Shown: positions 50,865 to 62,583 of the stretch, one piece after another
Layout of the letters: each line of letters starts with the position of its first letter
Numbering within the stretch: the stretch's first letter is position 1
Source of the DNA: Mobula hypostoma
Lineage: Eukaryota
Reading direction: 5' to 3'
Length of the DNA stretch: 64,000 nt
Assembly: GCF_963921235.1 (NCBI RefSeq)
Contig: NC_086108.1
Coordinates: 116,934,001-116,998,000 of the forward strand
Program-made: the position numbers and the translations under genes
Notes under the pieces: model-generated
What the model saw: only the letters and a program-made list of their open reading frames with translations
Told to the model about the DNA's origin: nothing
Databases searched by the model: none

Positions 50865-52650
50865 ACTTTGGAAAGTTGATGAAGGCAAGGCAGTGGATGT
50901 TGGCTACATGGGGTTTAGCAAGGCAGTTAACAAGGTCCACCAAGGGAGGGTGGTCAAGAAAGTTCAGTCATTCAGCATTCAAATGAGGTATTAAATTGGA
51001 TTAGACATTGAGTTTGTGGGAGAAGCCAGATATTCGTAATAGATGGTTGCCTCTCTGACTGGAGGCCTGTGACTAGTGGAATGCTGCAGGAATTGGTGCT
51101 GGGTCCTGTGTTGTTTGTCATCTGTATCAGTAACCTGGATGATAATGTGATTCACTAGATCAGCAAGGTTTAGGGTATATTGGAGAGTAAAGAAGACTAT
51201 CAAAGTTTGCAGTGGGATCTGGTCCAACTGGAAAATTAGGGAAAATGGAACGGAAGATGTAGTGTTGTAAAACTCAATGGAATTTAATGCTGACAAGTGT
51301 GAGAGGTTGCATTTTGGGAGGACCAGCCAGGGTAGGTCTTACACAGTGAACAGTAGGGCACTGAGGAATGCAGAAGAACAGAGAGATCTGGGAATACAGA
51401 TCCATAATTCCTTAAAAGGGGTGTCACGGGTAGATAGAGTTGTAAGGAAAGCTTTTGGCACATTGGTCTTGATAATTCAATGTACTGAGTACAGGAGCTG
51501 GGATGTTATGATGAAATTGTATAAGATTTTGTGCAGGCCTAACTTGGAGTATTGTGTCAGTTTTGGTTACATACCTACAGGAAAGTTGTAAATAAGACTG
51601 AAAGAATACAGAGAAAATTTGCAAGAATGTTTCTGGGACTGGAGGACCTGAGTCACAGGAAAAGGTTGAATGGGTTTGGACTTCATTCCCTAGAAAATGA
51701 GGTGGTTCATTTTGGTCGGTCAAATATGATGACAGAATATAGTATTAACTGTAAGACTCTTGGCAGTGTGGAGGATCAGAGGGATCTTGGGTTCCAAGTA
51801 GAACACTCAAAACAGCTGCACAGGTTGTCTCTGTGGTTAAGAAAGCATACGGTACATTGACTTTCATCAATTGTGGGATTGAGTTTAGGAGCTGAAGGGT
51901 AATGTTGCAGTTATTTAGGACCCTGGTCAGACCCCACTTGGAGTACCGTGCTCAGTTCTGGTCGCCTCACTACAGGAAGGATGTGGAAACCATAGAAAGG
52001 GTGCAGAGGAGATTTAAAAGTTAGTTGCCTGGATTGGGAAGCATGCCTTATGAGTTTAAGTTGAGTGAACTCAGCCTTTTCTCCTTGGAGCGATGGCGTA
52101 TGAGAGGTGACCTGATAGAGGTGTATAAGATGATTTGAGGCATTGATCATGTGGATAGTCAGAAGCTTTTTCCCAGGGCTGAAATGGCTAGCACGAGAGG
52201 GCACAGGTTTAAGGTGCTTGGAAAGAGGTACAGAGGAGATGTACGTTTTTTTACACAGAGAGTGCAGAGAGTGGTGAGTGCATGGAATGGGCTGCCGGCG
52301 ACGGTGGTGGAGGCAGATACGATCAGGTCTTTTAAGAGACTCCTGGACAGGTACATGGAGCTTAGAAAAATAGAGGGCTATGGGTAACTCTAGGTAATTT
52401 CTAAGGTAAGGACATGTTCGACACAGCTTTGTGGGCTGAAGGGCCTGTATTGTGCTGTGGTTTTCTATGTTTCTAACATGGAAGATTGAGGGAGATTTGA
52501 CAGAGGTATACAAAATTATGAGTGGTATAGATGGGGTATATCAAGCAGACTTTTTCCACTGAGGTTGTGTGGGACAACAACCAGAAGACATGGGTTAAGG
52601 GTGAAAGGTGAACAGTTTAAGGGGAACATGAGGGGAACTTCCTCACTCAG
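50865..52650 (+). mobile_element. CR1 RT/3' fragment with a nested CR1 (~51697-52475)
   Basis: MEFNADKC..LHFG and RPNLEYCV. The nested copy ends in a ttctatgt tail and the host resumes at gagggagatttgacagagg. Confidence 0.8.
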
Positions 52651-52839
52651 AAAGGAAATGTCTGCCTTGCTGGAAAATAAGCACAACCTGTTAATAGTCC
52701 ATATTTCCTCCGCCCACTCTCCCAGTGAACTCGACATCAGAGACCCGTGACTCTGGTAATGGTCCATGTTTCTTCCCATATGCTAGGCTGAATGTGGCCT
52801 GTGACTGTAAGGAAATAGAGTGAGTTCAAATCTCCTTAC

Positions 52840-52881
52840 CGTGGGTCCAGCTAATCCAGGAGGGCCTTCGATCAGCATTCC
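52840..52881 (-). CDS. COL11A1/COL11A2: Type XI-like fibrillar collagen alpha chain, 42-bp exon (GMLIEGPPGLAGPT), equivalent to COL11A1 exon 10
   Basis: Minus strand reads tttctttgttgatttcag|GGAATGCTG...GGACCCACG|gtaagg. Phase 0. Peptide matches the clade-B collagen GML(V/I)EGPPG start of the minor helix. Confidence 0.93.
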
Positions 52882-52934
52882 CTGAAATCAACAAAGAAAC
52901 ATCAGTCGGATAGCTTTCCACCTGGCTACCACCT

Positions 52935-53170
52935 CTTCTAATTCCTCCTCTCCCCCTCCCTCCCGTTCCCTCCCCTTCCTTCTCCTCCTCTATCACCTCC
53001 CCCTCCAACACTGCCCTCCTGCTTCCCCTCCACAACTCTCCCCTCCCCTTCTCCTCCCCTTTCCTCACCCCCTTCCCTCCCCTCATCCACCCTCCTCCTG
53101 TCCCCTTTCCTCCCCCTCCTCCCTCCCTTCCCTCCTCTTCGCAACTCCTTCTCCTTCTCTTCCCTCCCTT
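52935..53170. repeat. Polypyrimidine/polypurine low-complexity tract
   Basis: About 235 bp of nearly pure C/T on the plus strand, about 55 bp from the acceptor of the 42-bp exon. Confidence 0.85.
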
Positions 53171-53847
53171 ATACCCTGTCCAGATCTGGAAGGGTTTTTA
53201 ACATTTCAATGCCTCTCCGTTTTCCTCTCGGATAGTATATAGCCAATCTACTCACAGGACAGTATCACCAACCCAGAGATCTACGACACTGTCTCTTTCC
53301 TGTGGCTGCGAGATCTGATCACAATACACCAGGCGTGGCCTCACCAGGGTAATTGGAGCTGACATCTCTACTCTTGTTGGAATAAAGTCCAAATAGCCAT
53401 TTGATTCCTAAATTTGTGCACTCCACCAATACGCTAACACGACAACAGAACAGCCCAGCACAGTACAGACCCTTTGATCACGATCAATCTAACACCACCC
53501 TCCTACACAGCCCATAACCCTCCATGTGCCTATCTAAGAGTATCTTAAATGTCCCTAATGTATTGGCCTGTCTCACCACCCATGGCAGGGTGTTCCAAAC
53601 ATCCAGCACTCTCTGTGTAAAAAATCTTCCTCTAACATCACCCCTGAACTTTCTTCCACTCACCTTAAACAGACGTCCTCTTGTTTTAGCCATCGACACT
53701 CAGAGAAAATGTGTCTGGCTGTCCACTCTATCTGTGCCTCTTAGCACCTTATACACCTCTCATCCTCCAAAGGGAAAACTTTTGGCTTGTTCAACCTTTC
53801 CTCATAAGACATGTTCTCTAATCCAGGCAGCATCCTGGTTAACCATA

Positions 53848-54453
53848 CGAGGGGTGATTGATAAGTTTGTGGCCGAAGGTAGAAAGATTCAATTTTAGAA
53901 AACCTAGCACATTTATTTTTCAGCAGAGTCCCCTCCTACATTTACACACTTAGTCCAGCGGTCGTGGAGCATACGGGTCTTGGACCTCCAGGAAGTGTCC
54001 ACAGCAGAGGTGATTGATAAGTTTGTGGCCTAAGGTAGAAGGAGATGAGTTATACAGCTCTCATTACATGCACACGCAGTTCAACTCTTTGAGTGATTAT
54101 ACAGAAAGTTTGAAGATAATAACTCATCTCCTTCTACTTTAGGTCACGAACTTATCAATCACCCCTGATGAGTTATTAACCTCAAACTTTCTGCATAATC
54201 ACTCAGAGTTGAACTGCGTGTGCATGTAACGACAGCTGTATAACTCATCTCCTTCTACCTTAGGCGACGAACTTGTCAATCACCCCTGCTGTGGCCAAGA
54301 CTCCGACTTCTACAAAGAAGGGATCCGTATGCTCCACGATCGCTGGACTAAGTGTGTAAATGTAGGAGGGGACTATATTAAAAAATAAATGTGCTAGATC
54401 TTCTAAAATTGATTCCTTCTACCTTAGGCCACAAATTTATTAATCACCCCTTG
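53848..54453. mobile_element. Mariner-derived palindromic MITE, copy 2
   Basis: TA|CGAGGGGTGATTG...AATCACCCCTTG|TA. 54305-54388 translates DFYKEGIRMLHDRWTKCVNVGGDYIKK*, the mariner transposase C-terminal motif. Confidence 0.88.
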
Positions 54454-55139
54454 TAAATGCCAAAGAGAGTGCATATAATAGAGCCAAAATTAGTGGGAAA
54501 TTTTAGGATTGGGAAGTTTTTAAAAACCAAGAAAAGGCAACTAAAAACCCCATAAGGAGGGAAAAGATGAAATATGAAAGTAAGCTTGTCAATAATATCA
54601 AAGAGAATACCAGAAGTTTATTCCAGATGTATAGAGTAAATGATAGATGAGAGCAGATATTGGACCACTAGAAAATTACGCTGGCAAGGTAGTAATGGGA
54701 CACAAAGACTGAACTAACAAACTGAATAAGTATTTTGCATCAGCCTTCACTGTTCTCAGCCCAGCTCTGCGTCTTATCAATGCCCCAATGTACAAACTTT
54801 TACCCTATATACAACCTTTATGTTATCTGCAAACTTCCACTTCCTCATCCAAATCATTTGTAAAAATCACAGAGACCAGGGGTCCCAGAACAGATCCGCA
54901 TCAAATACCACTGATCACCAACTCCAAGCAGAATACGTTCCATCTGCAACCACTTGCCTTCTGTCAGCAAGCCAATTTAGAATCCACCCAGCCGTTTCTA
55001 TGATCCCATGCTTCCAGATTTTCAGGATGAGATTGTCATGCAGAACATTACTAAAATCCAAATACACCACATCTACTGCTCTATCTTCATCAGTTTGTTT
55101 TGTCACCTTCTTTGAAAAACTCTATCAAGCCCTTTCTCT

Positions 55140-56330
55140 CTGATTGGCTGACAGTGCATTCCGAAGTTGGGCAACACACCTAAATTGGACTCAAAAGTTT
55201 CTGTTAAGGTTCCCTTTTTTTCTCTCTCTTGCTGTACTTCGTGTAGCAAATGGCTGTTGTGGGTTCTTCATGCCAGATGTTGGAGTCCTGGGAGGCTCAA
55301 AGTCTCCCAGCGAATTACATCTGCGAGAAGTGCATCCAGCTGCAGCTCCTTGAAGACCGTGTTAGGGATCTGGAGCAGCAGCTGGATGACCTTCAGCTTG
55401 TACGGGAGAGTGAGGAGATCATCAACGAAAGTTAAAGGGAAGTAGACACCCCTAAGTTGCAGGAAGCGTGTATCTGGGTGACTGTCAGGAGAAATGGAAC
55501 TATGAACAGGCAGTTAGTGCAGAACACCGCTGTGGCCATTCCCCTCAATAATAAGTATACTGTTGTGGGGGATGACCTCCCAGGGGAATGCTATGGAGAC
55601 CGGGTTACAGGCACTGAGTATTAGTCCATGATGCAGAAGGGAGAGAGGGAGAAGAGGGGAGCAGTGTGATAGTGGACTCAACAGTCAGAGGAACAGACAG
55701 GAGATGTGGTCATGAACGGGACACCAGAATGGTATGTTGCCTCCCAGGTGCTAGGGTCAGGTACGTCTTGGATCACCTCCACAACATTTTGGGGAGGGAG
55801 GGAGAGCAGCCAGATGTCTTGGTACAGATTGGTTCCAATGACATTGGAAGGAAAAGCAAAGAGGTCCTGAAAGGAGAATTTAGAGAGCTCAGTAGATAGC
55901 TGAGAAGCAGGACCTTCCATATAATAATTACAGGATGGCTACCAGTGCGGGTAGAAACAGGAAGATTTAGCATATCAATGTGTGACTGAGAAGCTGGTGC
56001 AGGGGGCAGGGCTTCAGGTTCTTGGATCACTGAGATCTCTTCTGGGGGAGGTATGACCTGTTCAAAAGTGACAGGTTGCACCTGAACCCAAGGGGGACCA
56101 AAATTCTCATTGGCAAATTTGTTAGAGCTGTTTGGGAGGGTTTAAACGAATTTGGCAGGGGCATGGGAACTCAGGATAGGACAGATGATAAAAAAGCAAA
56201 GATAGCAAGCAGTCAGACTGTCAGGAAGGGAAGGCAGATGATGGGACAAAACTGAAGCCAGCAGGGTGAGTATCTGTGCATTAGGGATGCAGAATCCTGA
56301 AGGGTAGCAAATACAGTACTCAATGTGTTA
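55140..56330 (+). mobile_element. CR1 5' region (ORF1 zinc finger/leucine zipper and esterase); continues after the ERV at 61545-62583
   Basis: ORF 55250..55435 SCQM...YICEKCIQLQLLEDRVRDLE. ORF 55666..55899 VCCLPGARV, IGSND. The ORF2 start (VLYLNARSIRNK) is split by the ERV. Confidence 0.85.
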
Positions 56331-58008
56331 TGCTGGAGTGATTTTTGGGTTTAGGTCATTTACATTTAGCAAATGGCTTTGGCCACCAGTCTTCTGTTCC
56401 TTGACAATGTACTGTGGATTTAGTTTGTAACAATGCACTTCCTAAAAGCTGTGAATCCCAGTCCAGAGACGATGCGAGCGTCTGTGGAATGGACATGAAC
56501 CAGAAGGTGTGAAGTTCGCATGTGTTCAAAGACAGCATTATCTATACTTCGTAAATATGGAATTGTCCTTTATGTTTAGCACATAAAATACCAAATAAAT
56601 GTATTGTGGATTCAGTTTGGAACAATGGATTCCTAAAAGCCCAGTCCAGACGCTCTGGCGCCTGTGGGATGGATGTGAATCAGAAGAACATAGAACATAG
56701 AATAGTACAGCACAGTACAGGCCCTTCGGCCCACAATGTTGTGCCGACCTTCAAATGCTGCTTCCCATATAAGCCCCCACACCTTAGATTCCTCCATATA
56801 CCTGTCTAGTAGTCTCTTAAACTCCACTAGTGTATCTGCCTCCACCACTGACTCAGGCAGTGTATTCCACGCACCAACCACTCTCTGAGTAAAAAACCTT
56901 CCTCTAATATCCCCCTTGAACTTCCTACCCCTTACCTTAAAGCCATGTCCTCTTGTATTGAGCAGTGGTGCCCTGGGGAAGAGGCGCTGGCTATCCACTC
57001 TATCTAGTCCTCTTACTATCTTGTACACCTCTATCATGTCTCCTCTCATCCTCCTTTTCTCCAAAGAGTAAAGCCCTAGTCCCTTAATCTCTGATCATAA
57101 TGCATACTCTCTAAACCAGGCAGCATCCTAGTAAATCTCCTCTGTACCCTTTCCAATGCTTCCACATCCTTCCTATAGTGAGGCGACCAGAAATGGACAC
57201 AGTACTCCAAGTGTGGCTAACCAGAGTTTTATAGAGCTGCATCATTACATCGCGATTCTTAAACTCTATCCCTCGACTTATGAAAGCTAACACCCCATAA
57301 GCTTTCTTAACTACCCTATCCACCTGTGAGGCAACTTTCAGGGATCTGTGGACATGTACCCCGAGATCCCTCTGCTCCTCCACACTACCAAGTATCCTGC
57401 CATTTACTTTGTACTCTGCCTTGGAGTTTGTCCTTCCAAAGTGTACCACCTCACACTTCTCCGGGTCGAACTCCATCTGCACTTCTCAGCCCACTTCTGC
57501 ATCCCATCAATGTCTCTCTGCAATCTTCGACAATCCTCTACACTATCTACAACACCACCAACCTTTGTGTCGTCTGCAAACTTGCCAACCCACCCTTCTA
57601 CCCCTACATCCAGGTCATTAGTAAAGATCACGAAAAGTAGATGTCCCAGAACAGATCCTTGTGCAACACCACTAGTCACAATCCTCCAATCTGAACATAC
57701 TCCCTCCACCACAACCCTCTGCCTTCTGCTGGCAAGCCAATTCTGAATCCACCTGGCCAAACTTCCCTGGAAGGTGTGAAGTTTGTATGTAGCTTCAAAA
57801 GAAAGCATTGTCTATACTTGTAAATATGGAATTGTCCTTTGTGTTTAGCAAATAAATATTTAGCCCCACATTGGGCCAGCAGACCTTTCCACCGAGAGCG
57901 TCTCAGTATGATGCCTGCTGTACCTTGTTTTGTCGAATAAAGAAGCTGCTTTGTATCTACCAGTAACTCTCTCTCTCTCTCTCTGGTGATTTCATTCACG
58001 CAACCACA
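56331..58008 (+). repeat. 5' LTR, split by a CR1 insertion at 56687-57769
   Basis: 56331-56686 plus 57770-58008 aligns by eye with 60976-61544. Confidence 0.9.
56687..57769 (-). mobile_element. Young 5'-truncated CR1 inserted in the 5' LTR
   Basis: GVAQGSVLG, FADD and TRGH motifs. aacatag tail. gaag present on both sides (56683-86, 57770-73). Absent from the 3' LTR. Confidence 0.9.
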
Positions 58009-58011
58009 TTT

Positions 58012-58029
58012 TGGTGTCAGAAGTGGGAT
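58012..58029 (+). promoter_or_regulatory. Primer binding site, tRNA-Leu (CAA-type)
   Basis: TGGTGTCAGAAGTGGGAT, 3 nt after the LTR, is the 18-nt complement of the tRNA-Leu 3' end (...ATCCCACTTCTGACACCA). Confidence 0.88.
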
Positions 58030-58209
58030 ACCTTTGTGACCCATCGTGTGGCCAGCGATGTGGCCTAGGAGGTGTGGGATGGTACCTGGGCAATTATCAG
58101 GAATGCCAGCAATGAAGAAAGATAGAAAGATATCACTTTTTTAAAGGGGAAGTGAGGCAGCGACTTGGGGGGCCGGGGGTGGAGAGAGAACTGGGGAACG
58201 ATAATGACA

Positions 58210-58740
58210 GTGATTTAAAAAGCTGATGAGACAGTCATGGATTATGCAGAATGTAAATATCAAGTGTATGAGGAGTATTCAGGGTTGGATAATCCAGGGA
58301 GGGATGACCAAGTCTTTCTAAAAATGCTGAAGGAAGGCCTGAGCTCAGCCCACCAGGAAGTTTTAGATTTGGGAAAAAAAGTGGGGTCGACCTACTCTGC
58401 GATTGTTTCGTGGGCCTATGAGATAGACCGAAGAAAGTGCAAGAGAGATTGTAAAGTGGCTATAGTGGATGCAGCTGCTGTGATGTCCCATGGTTTGTTT
58501 TGCTTGCCGGCAGCCAGAGCACGAAGCAAGGAACTGCTGGAATAGACGTGGGAGGGGAAAAGAGTTGATATGCTACAGGTGTGGCCATTTGGGACATGGT
58601 TGGAGGCAGTGTCCAAAACAGAGGAAAGAAAAACAGGTGAATATCACAGCAGACACACAATCTCTCACCCCATCGGTGCCCAGTCTGACCAATCTGACTG
58701 TCGATCAGATCAAAGAGCTAGTGAAGACGGCTCCTAGTCA
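58210..58740 (+). pseudogene. gag: ERV gag remnant: capsid C-terminal region and two CCHC zinc knuckles
   Basis: DETVMDYA MHR-like segment. After a frameshift, CFACRQPEHEARNC and CYRCGHLGHGWRQC (both CX2CX4HX4C). Confidence 0.85.
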
Positions 58741-58749
58741 GAAAAAGAT

Positions 58750-59136
58750 GTGGCGGCGGGCCCCACTGTCAGTGCTGGTGACCTGCAGATGTACACAACA
58801 GCATTGTTAAGGGGACGGCAATGCAATATGTTAGTGGACACAGGGGCATCGGTATCAATAACAGACCTAACCTTGCCAACAACTGGACAGGCCAGTTATA
58901 TTCAGGGCGTAGGAGGGAAAACAGTAAAAGCTGAAAGAAGCGAGTCGCAAATACTGGAAATCAAGGGAGTGCAGCTTCCAGTGTATTTCCGGGTATGTCC
59001 AAATATCGAGGGCACTATCCATGGAATAGACATCCAAAGGGAAGCAAGAGCTGTTATAGATTCGGAAAGGGGGAATAATATGGACAAGTCAGGGGCAGCA
59101 AACACATACAACCAACAGAATACACAACCTGCCTAG
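58750..59136 (+). pseudogene. pro: ERV aspartic protease remnant
   Basis: MLVDTGASVSI active site, IQGVGG flap and a TIHGID (ILGxD-like) motif. Confidence 0.88.
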
Positions 59137-59216
59137 CATAGTCACAGCTGCCCCGATCACCAGAGACTGGAGCCAGGATGGTGTCTATGGGTTACCTTGT
59201 CAGCAGTTCCCAGCAG

Positions 59217-60095
59217 TGTGGGCTACACACAAGCAAGATTGTGGTCTAGTAAAGATAAACCCAGTTAAAATAGAGGAGGGTCTGTATAAACCCTAGAAGC
59301 AGTACCCTATAAAAACTGACACGCTGACAGTTGTCCAGGGTATAGTGAAGGAACAAAAACACCAGGGGATACTCAGAGAGACTGTGGCCACTACTAACTC
59401 GCCTATATGGCCAGTAAAGCCCAGTGGATCATATCCATTAACAACAGGCTATACCGCCCTTAAGACCAGGCTGAGATTGCATCCCATAGTGGTGGGCCCT
59501 ACAACAATCCTGAATGAACTGTCTCCAGAACATAAAGTTTTTCCAGCCCCTCTGAGGGCAGACATTACTGCGAATAAGGCAGCAGGAGGACAAGAGGCAA
59601 TTGAAATTGCAAGTGTGGAGGAAGTAAAATTATATGAAGAGGTGGAGGCAGAAGAGAAGGAGGGGTGGCGGAGAAAGGGAGCAGAGGAGGGACCAGACGG
59701 GAGCCGGGCACACGGAAAGGTAAGCGTCATGGTGGCCCCACCACATATTAGGCAGATATTACTGAAGATATATCATGGGGTAATTACAGGTTGCAGGGAG
59801 CCTGGGGCTTACAGGGATAGAATGACCCAATATGTGAAAGACCTTTGTAACCAACTTAAAGTGTTGAAGGACTGAGCGAAACAACAACAGCACACCGCTG
59901 ATTAGAGAGAGCCAGAGGGAAGGGAGATAGTCCTTCCACAGCCCGGCGACCATGGTGAGGGTGCTGCCCGAAAGGACGGGGTTTGCCCCCAGGTGGATAG
60001 GACCACAGACGGTACTCTTAACGAATGATGAGTGTGTCTGTGTGCAGACTCGGTGAGGCAGCCAGTGGAAACACTGGACTCAGGTTAAAGCATGC
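59217..60095 (+). pseudogene. pol: ERV pol remnants: RT N-terminus and integrase C-terminal GPY/F module; catalytic cores deleted
   Basis: VWATHKQDCGLV, QYP, GILRE..TNSPIWPVK. Later PQPGD/MVRV...FAPRWIGPQTVLL...WKHWTQVK at about 59935-60095. No YxDD or DDE core seen. Confidence 0.8.
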
Positions 60096-60963
60096 GACTC
60101 ACCTCTTGTTGCTCCCACAGACAGAGCGGGGGATCAAGTGTACCCAGTAACCATGTAACTACAGAGAACCTAAGAGAGGATCACCAGCCAGCCATGCCAG
60201 ACCTGGCCACAGCTGATGAAAACATACCCGGAGGAAACGCAAAGGCAGAAAACGTCGAGAGCATGGCAGAAGACACTGAGAGCATGTTGGAAAACTATGA
60301 ATAGCCTGTTAAAGTATGATGATGCTGGTACTCTGTAATGAAGGCTGGTTGCTGAAGGTAGATGATTAGTTTAATAGCATAGAATAGAAAAGATATTGGA
60401 AAATAGATGAGGAGGGATTCTTAAGTTAAAGCAGAGACAGCAAGTTCCACAGCTTCGATGGCATTCCAGACTGCACAAGGCATCTGAAAGCAGTCACACC
60501 CAGTCTGAGGAGCTGGGTCAGTGGGTCAGTGGGCCAGTGATCGACCGGACAGTTTGGAAGGGGGTGCCACCGGGGAGAGGTCCTTGCAGACATTTACATA
60601 GAGGCCACCCCAACCCCTTCCTGTACATTGATGAGAGGACCTGTGGGTGCTCCTGAAAAGAGTTTCAGCGACCAGAGAATGAAGGGGTGAAGACAAAGGA
60701 ATGTGAATAAGCTGCAGTCAGCCAGCAGGGAAAGAGCTGACAGGCACACAAAAGAAGACGCATTTCTGAAGACTTGTTCAAATTTCTGGAACAGCCTCTC
60801 TGCTTAACATTTGGTAGGTAGCGATTAGGGAATGCTAGGGTAGTTATCGAGGCACACAGAATTGGGGGGGAATTTCAAGGCAGGGCGTTTTTGCTGCCCT
60901 ATTTGAGTAGATCCTCCTAGGTTGACCTTTCCTGGTACAAATTTATTTTTGTCCAGGAGGGCC

Positions 60964-60974
60964 AAGAGGGGGGA
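60964..60974 (+). promoter_or_regulatory. Polypurine tract
   Basis: AAGAGGGGGGA lies 1 nt before the TG of the 3' LTR. Confidence 0.85.
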
Positions 60975-60975
60975 C

Positions 60976-61544
60976 TGTTAGAGTGATTTTTGGGTTTAGC
61001 AAATGGCTTTGGCCACCAGTCTTCTGTTCCTTGACAATGTACTGTGGATTTAGTTTGTAACAATGCATTTCCTAAAAGCTGTGAATTCCAGTCTAGAGAG
61101 AATGCTGGTGTCTGTGGGATAGATGTGAACCAGAAGGTGTGAAGTTTGCATGTATTCAAAGACAGCATTATCTATACTTTGTAAATATGGATTTGTCCTT
61201 TATGTTTAGCACGTAAAATACCAAATAAATGTATTGTGGATTCAGTTTGGAACAATAGGTTCCTAAAAGCCCAGTCCAGACGCTGCTGGCGCCTGTGGGA
61301 TGGATGTGAATCAGAAGGTGTGAAGCTTGTATGTAGCTTCAAAAGAAAGCATTGTCTATACTTGTAAATATGGACTTGTCCTTTGTGTTTAGAAAATAAA
61401 TATCGAGCCCTACATTGGGCCAGCAGACCTTTCCACCGAGAGCGTCTCAGTATGATGCTTGCTATACCTTGTTCTGTCAAATAAAGAAGCTGCTTTGTAT
61501 CTACCAGTAACTCTCTCTCTGGCAATTTCATTCACACAACAACA
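60976..61544 (+). repeat. 3' LTR (569 bp) with internal U3 duplication and AATAAA at 61480-85
   Basis: TGTTAG...CAACA. Related blocks at about 61109-61220 and 61290-61403. Confidence 0.92.
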
Positions 61545-61809
61545 TGTTATATCTCAATGCACGGAGTATAAGAAATAAGGTGGATGATCTTGTTGCACTA
61601 TTACAGATCATTAGCTATGACGTTATGGCCATTACTGAATCGTGGATGAAGGACAGGTGCAGTTGGGAGCTGAATTTCAAGGTTACCACAGATTACAATG
61701 GGAAATAGAAAAGGAATGTCAAAAGGGTAATGTTATAATAGTCATGGGAGATTTCAACATGCAGTTCATTTGGGAAAATCAGGTTGATAATGAATTTCAA
61801 GAGAGTGAG

Positions 61810-62072
61810 GCTGGAACTACGCAGAGGGTTAAAAAGAGCAGAAGAGAAACTGAGGCTTGCTGCTGAAGAGAACTACACTCACCAATAAAACAGCACCAAG
61901 ACAACATTGGAGGACAGCGCCTTCAAATGCAGTCGCTGCAGCCGAGACTGTCACTCCTGTGTGGACCTCTATAGCTACAACAGACGCTGCTCTAACACAG
62001 ACTGAAGCAAGACTTTCCAGGTGTAGATCCATGGTCTCGCGAGACTAACGGATACCACACACACACACACAC
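61810..62072 (+). mobile_element. RTE-clade LINE 3' end with (CA)n tail
   Basis: 61922-61993 translates FKCSRCSRDCHSCVDLYSYNRRCS, an RTE C-terminal zinc-finger-like motif. Short 3' UTR and CA tail. Interrupts a CR1 endonuclease region. Confidence 0.72.
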
Positions 62073-62583
62073 GTGTTTGTTGAATGTCTATGAGATGGCA
62101 TTTTAGAGCAGTTTGTCATTGAGCCTACCAGGGAATCAACTACACTGGGCGTTATATAATGAACCAGAGGCGATTAGGGAGCTTAAGATAAAAGAACTCC
62201 GAGGAGACAGTGATCACAATATGATTGAGTTCTACTTGAAATTTGATACGGAGGAAGTAAAGTCTGACACAGTATTTCAGTTAAGTAAAGGAAATTACAG
62301 TGGTATGAGAGAGGAGTTGGCCAAAGTAAACTGGAAGGAGATGCGGGCAGGAATGACAGCAGAGCAGCAATGGTCTGAGATTCTGGGAAAAATAAAGGTG
62401 GTTCAGGGTAGATGTATCCCAAAAATGAAAATGGCAAAATACTACAACCATAGCCTATAAGGGAAGTCAACGCTAATGTAAAAGCAAAACAGAGGGCATA
62501 CAACAAAGCAAGAATTAGTAGCAAGATAAAGGATTGGGAAGCTTTTAAAAACCTACAGGTGCAACTGAAAGAATCATTAAGAG

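Larger units (their letters stand above)
56331..61544 (+). mobile_element. Internally deleted endogenous retrovirus/LTR element with two LTRs, 5-bp TSD TGTTA
   Basis: tgtta at 56326-30 and 61545-49. LTRs have TG...CA ends. PBS, PPT and gag/pro/pol remnants in retroviral order (PR, RT, IN). Confidence 0.92.
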
